DNA from: Terriglobia bacterium
Lineage (GTDB): Bacteria > Acidobacteriota > Terriglobia > 20CM-2-55-15
DNA: 64,000 nucleotides
Direction of reading: 5' to 3'
NCBI GenBank assembly: GCA_965218585.1
Contig: CBDCLE010000012.1
Coordinates: 96,001 to 160,000, forward strand
In this document: positions 42,347 through 52,418 of the stretch, piece by piece
Layout: each line of letters opens with the position of its first letter
Numbering within the stretch: position 1 is the first letter of the stretch
The notes under the pieces: generated by a model
Told to the model about the DNA's origin: nothing
The model's input: the letters and a program-made list of their open reading frames with translations, nothing else
The model's database searches: none
Program-made: the position numbers and the translations under genes

Positions 42347-43711
42347 GAGGTCATTACAAAAGGTGTGTAAAAGTCATCAGGCGGCGGCCTTCGATTTCAT
42401 CACGACTCTGATGCCGTCAGCGAATTGCTGACCATCATAGACCTCTTGTAAGAGTTCGGATCCTTTTAAGTGTCGCCAAGCCTTCTCAGCGACACGTAGT
42501 AGCTTCCAGATTATTGCCGTTGCATTCTCGACACGCTTGAATCGGCGAGCGGCGTTGGTGCGGAGGCGAACCATGTCGAAGGGCGATTCGACGATGTTGG
42601 TTGTTCTCAGATGCACCCAGTGTTGTTTCGGGAACTCATAGAAAGTAATCATCCGGTCCCAGTCCCGCAACAGCGTCTCACCCGCTTTGGGATAGTTCTT
42701 CTCATATCGGCGGACGAACTGATCCCGCTTTCGTTCGCAGGCCGCGCGGGAGTTCGCGAAGGCCATCCCATGAAGCAGCTGTCTGGCCGCGGGCTGCTCG
42801 GTCTTCGGCAGATGATCGACCACGTTGATCGACTTGTGGTTCCAGCAGCGTTGTTCCTGGCCCTGGGGCTGTTGCTCGGCCAGCGCGGACCAGATGCCCA
42901 GGTGACCGTCCGCGACAGTCAGCCGTCCCAGCTTCAGGCCCCGTCTCTGGAGATTGCGCAGAATGCGGCTCCAGGACTCCTTGCTTTCCCGCTGCCCGCT
43001 CTCACAGGCCAACACCACTTTGCGCCCGTCTGACAAGGCTCCGATGATCACCAGCAATGCCGCTCGCTCTTTCGCGATCCCCGCTTTCACGTACAAGCCG
43101 TCTGCCCACTGGTACACGACCTCGAGGCCGGACAGGTCCTGCTGGACCCACTCGTCATACTCCAACTGCCAGGTCGATTTCAGTCGTTGGATCGATGCTC
43201 GCGACAACGGAGCGCCAGCGCCAAGCAGTCCGCGCATGGCCTGCTCGAAGTCCCCTGTGGCCAGACCGTGGAGGTAGAGATCGGGAAGTAGCTCGCCCAG
43301 CTGTTTCGATTTCCGTCGAAAATACGGCAGGATCTGACTCTCGAACCGCTCGGCGGTGTTTCGAACCCGAGGTCGTCGAACCTCCATCGTACCGTTCATC
43401 ATTGCGAAGCGTCGCGGCTTCCCGTGACCGTTCCGGTATCCTCGTCGATTCGGACTCCGCTCCGACTTTTCCCGACCCAGAAATTGAGTGACTTCGTCCT
43501 CGAGCAGCTCCTGTAGCCAGACTTGGACCCGGGATCGCGCCCAGTCCTCCAAACCTTCATACGCGTTCGTTGACGCCACTGATGCCGGTATGTTCTTCTT
43601 CTTCATGGGTGGTGTACCTTTCTCCCGATTGCTGCCGGGATTGCTTACGGTTTCGAATTCACCGAAAGCGTACACCGCCTTCTCTTTTTACACACCGATT
43701 GGAACGACCTC
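42347..43711 (-). mobile_element. IS256-family element, copy 3
   Basis: Transposase 42377-43675; 8-bp target duplication TTCACGCC. Confidence 0.97.
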
Positions 43712-43772
43712 TTCACGCCGATCGTCAGAGCCAACAACGAACAAAAAACACGCCCCCCGACTGAAGACAGTG

Positions 43773-43788
43773 ACTCATTACTATGAGT
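43773..43788. promoter_or_regulatory. Probable TA operator palindrome
   Basis: ACTCAT-N4-ATGAGT just upstream of the antitoxin gene. Confidence 0.5.
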
Positions 43789-43805
43789 AAATTATGCTCT
43801 CTTGT

Positions 43806-44048
43806 ATGAGTAAACGCTTGCAGGCCCTGTTAGAAGAATCGGAATTGCTGGAAATTCAGCGCTTAGCCAAGAGTAAGAAGATGACGGTCGCCGAATGGGT
43901 CCGTCAAGTGCTGCGGGCGGCACGCCAGGGCGAGTCTGTGATTGAACCCGATGACAAGGTTCGAGCCACTAGACTGGCGGTTCAACACGACTTTCCGATC
44001 GATCGGATGTTGGAAGAGGTAGAGCGCGGATACGGTGCGGACGTGTAA
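43806..44048 (+). CDS. Ribbon-helix-helix-type antitoxin
   Basis: MSKRLQ.LLEE...MTVAEWVRQ.L; upstream of a PIN gene. Confidence 0.7.
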   Translation: MSKRLQALLEESELLEIQRLAKSKKMTVAEWVRQVLRAARQGESVIEPDDKVRATRLAVQHDFPIDRMLEEVERGYGADV

Positions 44049-44050
44049 AC

Positions 44051-44336
44051 GTGATCTTTATCGACTCCAATATCCCGATGTATCTCATCGGGGCCAGCCA
44101 TCCACGCAAAGCCGTCGCGATGTGATCCGGCCCGCCTTCGACTGGCTTCTCGCTGTAACGGACCAAGTTTTTCTCGTTGATCTCTCGGACGCACGAAAGT
44201 CGTACTTAAAAAGCGCAGGCTTTCGGCTCGCGAAGCCTTTCACATGGAGGTAACGGAGCGATACGGCGTCCTGCGCATCTTGAGTTTCGATAGCGGATTC
44301 GATGGAGTGCGCGGAATTGCCCGAGTTCATGACTGA
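44051..44336 (+). pseudogene. VapC PIN toxin with deletions/frameshifts
   Basis: VIFIDSNIPMYLIG N-terminus and ILSFDSGFD C-terminus in different frames. Confidence 0.75.
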
Positions 44337-44349
44337 TTCCATCATATTG

Positions 44350-44479
44350 ACCCGGGAGCTCGCGATCTCAGACAAATCGTGTTCTGGGAATTAGCCAAAC
44401 TGATCGAATTGAAACGGTTAGGTCTCGATCTTGGCAGTACTGAGTTCCTACGACTGCGTCGACACTTGACGGTCTATCC
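44350..44479 (+). pseudogene. Second copy of PIN toxin fragment, cut by IS1595
   Basis: IVFWELAKLIELKRL..DL..RRHLTVYP, homologous to 41120-41235. Confidence 0.65.
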
Positions 44480-44696
44480 GGTTATTATATACTTTACACA
44501 GAAATAATGCCGATGCTACAATCATTTCATGGTTGCAGTATCCGTATTTTTATCAGCACTTTCCGGTTGCTCAATCAGCTTATCCAGCTCACGTTTCACG
44601 CGCTTTCCGAAGATTTTCTCAACGATCTCCACGTCGGTCTTCTCGGTGAGATTCTTCGGGAGTCTTCGCTTTCGCTTTCTCTTGGAGTTTTGAGTC

Positions 44697-45598
44697 ATGC
44701 CTGACACCGCCTCGTTGAATCTTGTACGTTTGATTGATCGCTTTCCGAACGAAGAAAAATGCAGGGAGTTTCTTGAAAACCTGCGGTGGCCGAACAGCGT
44801 TGGCTGTCCTCGCTGTGGCGACACATCGCTTTGTGAGATCGCAAGTCGCGACCAATGGGATTGTCTCTCATGCCGCTACCAGTTCAGCGTGACGGCGGGA
44901 ACGATCATGCACGATTCCCACCTGCCGCTGAGGAAGTGGTTTCTGGCGATTTATCTCATTCTCGAAGGCAAGAAGGGGATTTCGGCCAACCAGTTGAAGC
45001 GCACCATCGGTGTCTCCTACAAGACAGCCTGGTATCTCTGTCACCGCATCCGCTCCGCGATGGGACATAGCGAACCGGACGGCCCGACGCTGTTTGGGGT
45101 GGTCGAGGTCGATGAAACCCTGGTCGGCGGCAAGGCCAAAGGCAAGGGGAGCGGCTACAGAGGCAACAAGACTTGGGTGGCCGGCGCGATCCAGCGGGGC
45201 GGGAAGGTCCGCCTGGAGCGGGTTCCAAACATCCGGCGTCACACACTCCATGCTTTCATCCGGCGCAACATCAAGGATGAGGCCGCAGCGATCTATACCG
45301 ACGAACTGAAGTCTTACCTCGGGATCGAGGATCACGACACGCGCATGAGACCGTCAACCACTCCGCTGAGGAATGGGTTGTCGGCGATGTCCACACCAAC
45401 AGCATTGAGGGCGTGTGGAGCCTGTTCAAGCGGTCTATCGTCGGATCGTTCCATAAGATCAGTGCGAAACATCTGGACCGTTATCTTGAGGAACTGGAAT
45501 GGCGCTTCAACAACCGCGACAACCCTTACATCTTCCGGGATGCCTTGCGTTTGATCGTCAACGCGGACATGCTCCCCTACAAGGATCTGGTGGCCTAG
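44697..45598 (+). pseudogene. IS1595 (ISXO2-like) transposase, 1-bp frameshift
   Basis: CPRCG..CLSC zinc ribbon, EVDETLVGGK, IYTDE; frame shifts near 45343 before HETVNH..HTNSIEG..YLEE.EWRFN. Confidence 0.88.
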
Positions 45599-45828
45599 TC
45601 CAGGTTTCTTTCGAGTTCTTCTTGTCCGTTCCATGTGAGATTGAGAATCTTCAGATTCTTCCCCGATTTCTGGATTTCCAGATAACCCGCTTGGTGACAA
45701 AGATCAATATGGTAAAGAACCTCTATCCGGCTGTATTCCTCATAGCGCGGCGCCGGTAGGGGCTTGCCAGTGGCATTCTCCTCTGCGTAACGCAGAATCA
45801 TGAGAATCAATTTCTTATGGCGTTTCAA
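45595..45828 (-). CDS. DUF2513-like small protein
   Basis: MKR..LI..IL...YHIDLC.QAGYL...LTW.G; RBS AGGGAG. Confidence 0.65.
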   Translation of the reverse strand: MKRHKKLILMILRYAEENATGKPLPAPRYEEYSRIEVLYHIDLCHQAGYLEIQKSGKNLKILNLTWNGQEELERNLD

Positions 45829-45882
45829 TAGATCACTCCCTCTTTACTTGACACAAACTTCCTTCCTGCCATAGCCTTCTTA

Positions 45883-45992
45883 TTGCCAAAACACGTTGCG
45901 TGTACGCCCATCGTCGGGCTGCTCGCTGAATACAACACCCTTCGGGGAAATAGGTGGGGCTCCGCACTACAACGCGCGGCGTGTTTTGGCAA
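45883..45992 (+). ncRNA. Candidate structured RNA
   Basis: TTGACA-N18-TAGCCT promoter; 13-bp perfect terminal IR extendable to 21 bp with G-U pairs; internal C(UUCG)G hairpin. Confidence 0.4.
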
Positions 45993-46031
45993 ACTGGCCC
46001 GGCGTGATCAGCGACAATCAAAACTCCCGGC

Positions 46032-47833
46032 CGTATTGCCTCATTTAAAAATGTTACCGAACTGAGGGTTGTTGCCTCATCGAAAATGTTACCGAACGAC
46101 CGGTCAAACGGGAGAGTTCTTCCCGCCGTCGAGGCTGTGGGGCGACCGCCTTTTCCACAGCCCCCGTCGCCCGCAGATGCTGAAGCCGGGCGGACCCGAT
46201 CCAGTTCGAGCCACTCGCCATCGAAAGTCTCCAGAATCTGACGCCGCCATTCGCGCACGCGCCGCTGCAGGGTCCGTAACTGACCGTTGGGGTAACGTCC
46301 CGGGCGCCGCTGCTGAAGCTCAAGCAACAGCGACTTTGATGTTCGCCCGGGATCGGATTCAAGCCATGACCGCATCTCCTCCCAGACGCCGTCGAACGGG
46401 TCCGGGCGAGTACGCCAGATGTGGGGCACAGGTTGTTTCCGTGTTTTGCGATACCGACGCGTGATTCGTTGCTCGAAGCCGGGATCGGGGAGTTCCGCCT
46501 CAATCGGGGCTCGGTCTGCATCTGCGTCGCAGTTCGGGGACACAAGGGCGGCGCGCACGATGTCGTCCGTTAGCGTGGGAGAGGCCAGTTCCTTCGCATG
46601 TCTCCAGAATGCATCCTGGAGTTTCTCAAGCTGTCGTAGGAGATCGACCGGATCCGAACGTTCATAAATCGCAGCAAGGCGAACGCGAACCTCCGGGTCG
46701 AGCGCATCCGAATTCGAGAGCCGTTGATAGGGTGTTTGCGCGATATCGTAGCGTTTCGTCACCCGGGATCCATCGCGAGTCTTCGTCGTGAGCTTCATGG
46801 ACGGCTGGAAGAAGTTCACGTAGAGCCGGACCACTCGGTAGAGCTCGGCAAGCTGCCTGTATGCCAGTGAGCCTTCGTAGCGGTCGTAGCCGACCAATTG
46901 GCGGACGATCGAGCCGTTCTTCTGTTCGACGAAGCACTGGTCGTTCTTCCGGCGCGCCCGGCCTCGGGTGAATTGAATCGTTTCACGCTCGCAGTAGGCG
47001 AGGAGTCCGTAGTTCATGAACTCGGAACCGTTATCCGTGTCCAGGCCGACAAGCTGAAACGGAAGGATCTGCCGTGCCGTCGTGAGCGCCTGCAGAATGT
47101 CCGCCTCCGTACGCCGTAGCAACGCCAGACATTCGGTCCAGCCGGTCGCCACGTCGGTCAGTACCAGGGTGTGGAGGAAAGGGCCTTCCGAGTTCCCGCC
47201 GCAGTGTGCAACCAAGTCCGCTTCCATGAATCCCGGCCGCGTGTCCGCCCAGTCGGCGAATGTGCGAATCGGAACGCGGTGTTTGAGTAACTGTCCGGAC
47301 TTGGTGGTGGTCTTGCCGTGCGGTCGATGATCGAATCGGAATTGACGGAAGATCCGATCAGCCGTGGCGGCGCTCAGCTCAAGCAGATCCGCCCGCGTTT
47401 TATCAGACAATGACAGATGCCCGTGACGCTCCATGGTCGGGATCAGCTCCGGCAGAAACGGAACGAGCCGTTTGCCACAGACATCATTGACTGTGCGCCA
47501 GGCCGCGATCAGGGCGGCCTGCACCGCGGGGCCGTATCGACGGACCCGGCCGCGCGGTTGCCGTCGGGGCCGTTCGCCCCTCAGAATGTCGTTCAGAAGC
47601 CGTGTCGCGTGCTTCCGATGGAACCCGGTCGATTCAAGGAACTCATCCAGGATTCGCTTCTTCTCCGGTCGCGCCGCATTCTTGTAGCGAACCGCCGTTC
47701 GTAGAGCTAATTCTCGCCTTGCCGCAACAGTCATGTGTGTCCTCACTTCCCACCTCCGTTCTCATAGAGTTGGGTAACATTTCTAATGAGGCAACAACCC
47801 TCAGTTCGGTAACATTTTCAATGAGTCAATGCG
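46032..47833 (-). mobile_element. rve/DDE integrase-type IS (ISNCY-like) with ~62-bp bipartite IRs
   Basis: IRs at 46032-46095 and 47771-47833, each with two TTG(C/A)CTCAT...AATGTTACC units; ORF 45833-47746 has EADLVAHCG, DTDNGSEF, KNDQCFVEQKN. Confidence 0.88.
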
Positions 47834-47847
47834 AGAAGGAATTCTGA

Positions 47848-48921
47848 TTGACGTTGGACAGGCCAGTTCTGATTACGGGTCACGCCGGATTTAAAGGAAC
47901 CTGGCTGGCTCTGTGGTTGAATAATCTCGGTGCCAAGGTTACAGGTTACTCCTTAGAATCCCCCACGACTCCCAGTATGTCCGTCATCGTCGAATTGGAG
48001 TCGGTGGTGAACTCGGTCGCCGGAGACATATGCGACCAAGATCTGCTTCACAAGACTTTCGCGAGTGCCAAGCCCGAAATCGTTTTTCATCTCGCTGCCC
48101 AGTCGCTAGTTCGAGCTTCTTACGTCGACCCGGTCGAGACGTACCGAACGAACGTTCTAGGGACTGCAAGTCTGCTCGACGCCGTCCGTGCAACTGGTTG
48201 TGCGAAAGCAGTCGTCGTGGTTACCAGCGACAAGTGCTATGAAAACCATGAACGGACTCGCGGCTACCGGGAGAACGATCGATTAGGCGGCGCCGATCCC
48301 TACAGCAGCAGCAAGGCATGTGCCGAACTAGTAGCGGCCGCCTACACTGCGTCGTACTTTCCTGCGGCACTCTACAACGATCATGGTACCGCCGTTGCCA
48401 CCGTCAGAGCGGGCAACGTCATTGGAGGTGGCGACTGGGCCGCGGACCGACTTGTTCCTGATCTTGTTCGTTCGATCGAAGCCGGGAGTGCTGCAAAGCT
48501 TCGGAATCCATCAGCGGTAAGACCCTGGCAGCATGTGTTAGAACCTCTCTCTGGGTACTTGTGTCTGGCCAGAAATCTGGTTGAGTCTGGTCCCGGATTT
48601 GGGGAAGCTTGGAATTTCGGGCCCGTCGAGACCGAGGCTCGATCTGTTGCATGGGTAACCGATGGCTTCCTCAGCCTGTGGAATGGAGGAGGTGTTTGGA
48701 GCGATGATGACTCGGAGAATCCTCACGAAACACATTACCTGAATATAGATTCATCGAAGGCTCTCGAACGCCTCAGATGGCAACCTCGCTGGAATACTCG
48801 CAAGGCTTTAACCGAATGCGTGGGTTGGTACAAGGCCTACTTCTCGGGTGGGGATATGCATGAGTTCACTCTCGCTCAAATCTCGCAGTATTTGGCCGAC
48901 TTCGACGAGTCAATCGGATAA
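47848..48921 (+). CDS. rfbG: CDP-glucose 4,6-dehydratase (5' end damaged by IS)
   Basis: ITGHAGFKG.WL, HLAAQSLV, TSDKCY, DPYSSSK, RAGNVIGGGDW, RPWQHVLEP. Confidence 0.88.
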   Translation: MTLDRPVLITGHAGFKGTWLALWLNNLGAKVTGYSLESPTTPSMSVIVELESVVNSVAGDICDQDLLHKTFASAKPEIVFHLAAQSLVRASYVDPVETYRTNVLGTASLLDAVRATGCAKAVVVVTSDKCYENHERTRGYRENDRLGGADPYSSSKACAELVAAAYTASYFPAALYNDHGTAVATVRAGNVIGGGDWAADRLVPDLVRSIEAGSAAKLRNPSAVRPWQHVLEPLSGYLCLARNLVESGPGFGEAWNFGPVETEARSVAWVTDGFLSLWNGGGVWSDDDSENPHETHYLNIDSSKALERLRWQPRWNTRKALTECVGWYKAYFSGGDMHEFTLAQISQYLADFDESIG

Positions 48922-48923
48922 GA

Positions 48924-49340
48924 ATGGGTTCACAAGGCAAAACCTCTTCCGAGAAAGACTTGCGGCAACAGATCCTTGAACTGGTCGCGAATTACGCGAA
49001 TGTTGCGAACACTCCGGAAGACTTTGTTCCGGGAAAGACTCCTATTCCTGCATCGGGAAAAGTCCTGGCGGCCGAAGAAGTCGTCAATCTCGTCGATGCC
49101 TCTCTCGATTCATGGCTAACGAGTGGGCGCTACAACCACCTGTTTGAAAAAAAGCTCGGTGATTTTCTCGGCGTGAAACACGTGCTGACGACCAATTCCG
49201 GATCGTCGGCTAACCTGCTGGCAGTCGCCGCGCTTTCATCACACCGACTTGGAAGCCGGGCCCTAAAGCCGGGCGATGAAGTTATCACTGTGGCTGCAGG
49301 GTTTCCAACTACTGTCAATCCGCTTCTGCTTTATCTAGAG
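48924..49340 (+). pseudogene. rfbH: CDP-4-keto-6-deoxyglucose 3-dehydratase (RfbH/DdhC), N-terminal third only
   Basis: FVPGKTPIP.SG, WLTSG, NSGSSANL, GFPTTVNP; homology ends near 49340 where the ORF runs antisense into the RNA methyltransferase. Confidence 0.8.
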
Positions 49341-49352
49341 AGCCGGCATTTC

Positions 49353-50549
49353 TCAACCCTCTGCAGGTTTTTGAGGAAGGCTGGGTTTGTGTCGCTGTTC
49401 TCGCTCGAACTCTGCGATCGTTTCGATGTGTGGTGTGTTCGGAAATTGATCGACGAATTTCAGCGACCTCAGTCGGTAACTTTGATTCAGAAGAAGCCTT
49501 GCTTCGGAAGCAAAAGTGGTCGGGTTACAGGAGACATAAACGATTTTCTTGGGTCCCAGCGCGATGATCTTTTGAATTATGCTTTTGCCGGCTCCGGTTC
49601 GGGGAGGGTCGATAACCACGGTGTCGGCCTTGACACGCGTTTTCACTAGGAAGGCCCAGGCCGAAGCCTTCACGAATTCGACGTCTGCGATCTCGTTCCT
49701 TCTCGCGTTCCACTCAGCGTTAGATACCGAACGCCGGTCGATGCCGATAACTCGGGATGCGCCCCGAGCCATGAGAACGGAAAAGAAACCACTGCCACAG
49801 AACAGGTCCAGTACTACGTCACTGCCTTCAGCAGCACGAACAACTTCAGCGGCCATCGCCTCCAGTAGGAATCGATTGGGTTGAAAGAAACTGTCCGGTC
49901 GCAGGCGATACTCGATCCCCAGTACGCGTGTCCGGGGCAGACGGTCCGTCCATGAAGCCCGGTTGCGGCCGCTGAGGAATGTAGCCGCAACCTCCCCGGT
50001 CTCGGGCGCGACAATAGCCCGGACAGTTTCCGTTTTAGTTAGTTCCGGTTTTTGAAGTGCGGCGTTTGCTTCTCCGATGAACTCATTGAGAGCGGGCATC
50101 AGGGCGGCACAATCCGCGATGGGCACAACGTCATGGGTTCTCTCCCGGACGAATCCCAAGAGGTGACCTTCGACATGAAAGTTGGCGCGCATCCGGTACC
50201 CACGGTCCGGTCCGGTGATTCGCTCGATCGGCTGGGTCCAGTCAATACGCCCGAGACGAGTCAGACTTTCCCGAACGATCGATTCCTTGATTTCCAGCTG
50301 GGTTTCGTAATCGATGTAATCCCAGCCGCAGCATCCCACCGTTTCGAAGTTTGGACATGCGGGAGAGGTGCGGTGAGATGATCCCTCGATCACTTCGAGC
50401 AGGCGGGCCTTGGCGTAGTCTTTCTTCCTATCGACGATTTCGACTTCGACGATTTCCTCAGGGAGTACCTTGTCAACAAAGACGACTCCTTCTTCAGTCC
50501 GGGCGATTCCTGCTCCCCCGTACACCAGTTTTTCAATCTTGATCCGCAT
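49353..50549 (-). CDS. rlmD: TRAM-domain RNA m5U methyltransferase (RlmD/TrmA family)
   Basis: TRAM N-terminus, SFFQPN, DLFCGSG, DPPRTG, YVSCNP, DQFP.T.HIE. Confidence 0.85.
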   Translation of the reverse strand: MRIKIEKLVYGGAGIARTEEGVVFVDKVLPEEIVEVEIVDRKKDYAKARLLEVIEGSSHRTSPACPNFETVGCCGWDYIDYETQLEIKESIVRESLTRLGRIDWTQPIERITGPDRGYRMRANFHVEGHLLGFVRERTHDVVPIADCAALMPALNEFIGEANAALQKPELTKTETVRAIVAPETGEVAATFLSGRNRASWTDRLPRTRVLGIEYRLRPDSFFQPNRFLLEAMAAEVVRAAEGSDVVLDLFCGSGFFSVLMARGASRVIGIDRRSVSNAEWNARRNEIADVEFVKASAWAFLVKTRVKADTVVIDPPRTGAGKSIIQKIIALGPKKIVYVSCNPTTFASEARLLLNQSYRLRSLKFVDQFPNTPHIETIAEFEREQRHKPSLPQKPAEG

Positions 50550-50558
50550 CGATTTTCT

Positions 50559-50628
50559 TTAACGCTGAGACGCGGAGGGCGCAGAGGCCGCTCGCCAGAA
50601 TAGATATAACTCTGCGTCTCTGCGTTGG
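50559..50628. repeat. Short bipartite inverted-repeat element (ACGCAGAG family)
   Basis: TTAACGCTGAGACGCGGAGGGCGCAGAG...CTCTGCGTCTCTGCGTTG. Confidence 0.75.
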
Positions 50629-50638
50629 ATCAGATTCT

Positions 50639-51280
50639 CTAAATCAAATAGAAGAGGCTGAGGCGTGGGACGCCATAGCGTTCCATCAGCTTGCGCTTCC
50701 ACAGTTGCTGCTCGAGCATCGACAATTGTTCTACCGTCATCTTCGAACGGAACGGGGACAAGCTGCTCTCGACTTCACGCTGAACCTCGATGAGTGCGTC
50801 TTCTTCAGCCGCGATTTTCATGATGGCGATCAGCTTCTCTTCCAGGGCGTGCAGAGCTGTTTCCCCGGAACGGAGGTCCGAAGTGTCCTGACCCCGGATG
50901 GTGTCGCCAATGCTGTTCAAGCGACTCTGGAACTCGGGAAAAGTTCCTCCGATGGCGCAGACTTCTTCCGCCAGTCGGTCGAGGTACGTCTTCACTTCTT
51001 CAGCTGAAAATTCCGGTGGTGCCGGCTCCTCTGTCCTCAGATCTTTTTGTTCTTCGGCTACTGCTGCGACTGCGTTGGCGCAATAGGCAAGCGAACTGAT
51101 CTTACGTTTTGTTTTCGAGAAGGCGCGATCCATCCCTTTCAGTACGATTTCGAGAGGGATACCCTGATCCTTCCACGTTTCGATCAACACCCAGTCCAAC
51201 GTGGAGAGGAGCGTAAAGCTCTCTCTCTTTGTCTGGTAGTAGCGTTCGATTTCCGTGAAGTAGTTGAAGTAGTTGTCCAT
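50639..51280 (-). CDS. Conserved hypothetical protein
   Basis: NYFNYFTEIE, LSTLDW.LIETW, PRLSLFY; operonic between mnmA and rlmD-like gene. Confidence 0.75.
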   Translation of the reverse strand: MDNYFNYFTEIERYYQTKRESFTLLSTLDWVLIETWKDQGIPLEIVLKGMDRAFSKTKRKISSLAYCANAVAAVAEEQKDLRTEEPAPPEFSAEEVKTYLDRLAEEVCAIGGTFPEFQSRLNSIGDTIRGQDTSDLRSGETALHALEEKLIAIMKIAAEEDALIEVQREVESSLSPFRSKMTVEQLSMLEQQLWKRKLMERYGVPRLSLFYLI

Positions 51281-51309
51281 ACGCAGATCAATCCGTGCAA
51301 TCCGCGTAA

Positions 51310-52407
51310 CTAGTCCGCGTCAACGATCCAGGCACCGCCCACCACGACGTCGTCCCAGTAGAAGACGGCGGCTTGGCCCGGTGTGATAGCGCGTTGAGGC
51401 GTATCGAAGTGAACGACGACTTCGCCATCTTTCCTCGAGACGGTTCCCGGCTGGGGCTCAAAGCGGTTGCGAATCTGGATCTGGCAGTGGATGGGGTCCC
51501 TCACTTCTTCAATCGCAATCCAGTTGGCGTCGCGCACTCGGAAGGCCTGTCGGGAGGTGTCGCCGTCGTCGCCGATGACGACGCGATTCTGCTTCGGCTC
51601 GATCTGAACAACGTATTGCGGTTTTCCGGCTGCGACCAATCCCTTGCGCTGTCCCACGGTGTATCTGTGGAGGCCGGCATGAGTGCCAACGACTTCTCCA
51701 TCGAGGTTGACGATATCGCCCTTGGCCGGTGCCTTTTTCCTGGAGTACTTCTCCACAAAGTCAGCGTAGGAGCCTTCCTGGACAAAACAGATTTCCTGCG
51801 ACTCAGGTTTGTTGTAAGTCGGCAGGCCCGCCTTCTGAGCGATCTTGCGAACCTCGGACTTCGTCAGCTCACCAAGCGGAAACACAGTCTTGGAAAGTTG
51901 TTTCTGTGTCAGTCCAAAGAGGAAGTACGACTGGTCCTTGTCGCGGTCACGGCCGCGCAGCAATGTCCAGCGATTGAGGTGCGTATCGAATCGGACCCGT
52001 GCATAGTGCCCAGTCGCCACCCGTTCGGCTCCAATATTTTCAGCCTTATCAACGAGGTGGCTGAACTTTACGAAGTTGTTGCAGAGAATGCAGGGACTCG
52101 GTGTTTCAGCCTTGAGGTAGCTGGCGACGAAGGGCGCGACGACCCTCTCTTCGAACTCGTCTTCGAGGTTCAGGACGTAAAATGGGAATCCGATGTGTCC
52201 GGCCACGCGTCGGGCATCCCATATGTCGTCTATCGAGCAGCACCGGCCAACGCGTCGTGTTTCTGCCTCGGCATCTTCGTCTTCACCAAGCGCACGTCGC
52301 TGGTTCCACAACTGCATTGAGAGCCCGACAATTTCTTGTCCGGCATCCTTCAGAAGGACAGCGGCAGCAGAGGAATCCACTCCACCACTCATTGCGACGG
52401 CTATCAT
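51310..52407 (-). CDS. mnmA: tRNA-specific 2-thiouridylase
   Basis: [43 protein letters not shown]. Confidence 0.97.
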   Translation of the reverse strand: MIAVAMSGGVDSSAAAVLLKDAGQEIVGLSMQLWNQRRALGEDEDAEAETRRVGRCCSIDDIWDARRVAGHIGFPFYVLNLEDEFEERVVAPFVASYLKAETPSPCILCNNFVKFSHLVDKAENIGAERVATGHYARVRFDTHLNRWTLLRGRDRDKDQSYFLFGLTQKQLSKTVFPLGELTKSEVRKIAQKAGLPTYNKPESQEICFVQEGSYADFVEKYSRKKAPAKGDIVNLDGEVVGTHAGLHRYTVGQRKGLVAAGKPQYVVQIEPKQNRVVIGDDGDTSRQAFRVRDANWIAIEEVRDPIHCQIQIRNRFEPQPGTVSRKDGEVVVHFDTPQRAITPGQAAVFYWDDVVVGGAWIVDAD

Positions 52408-52418
52408 GTCTGTCCCCT

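Larger units (their letters stand above)
44480..46031 (+). mobile_element. IS1595-family element with passenger genes; right end lost
   Basis: Left end GGTTATTATATAC; ISXO2-like transposase; truncated by the rve-type IS. Confidence 0.7.

Noticed and set aside
36957-43711. Composite transposon bounded by IS256 copies 2 and 3
   Set aside because: Each copy has its own 8-bp target duplication, so they inserted independently.
40350-44480. Integron cassette array
   Set aside because: No integron integrase, and I could not identify convincing RYYYAAC...GTTRRRY attC sites between the genes.
45335-45350. Programmed frameshift in the IS1595 transposase
   Set aside because: There is no slippery sequence; a 1-bp deletion before HETVNH explains it.
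45925-45955. Hammerhead ribozyme core (CUGA...GAAA) in the candidate RNA
   Set aside because: The sequence is CUGAAUA, not CUGANGA, and the required stems are not evident.
49341-49649. C-terminal part of ORF 48924-49649 as a novel RfbH fusion
   Set aside because: It is read-through antisense to the RNA methyltransferase gene after a deletion junction.
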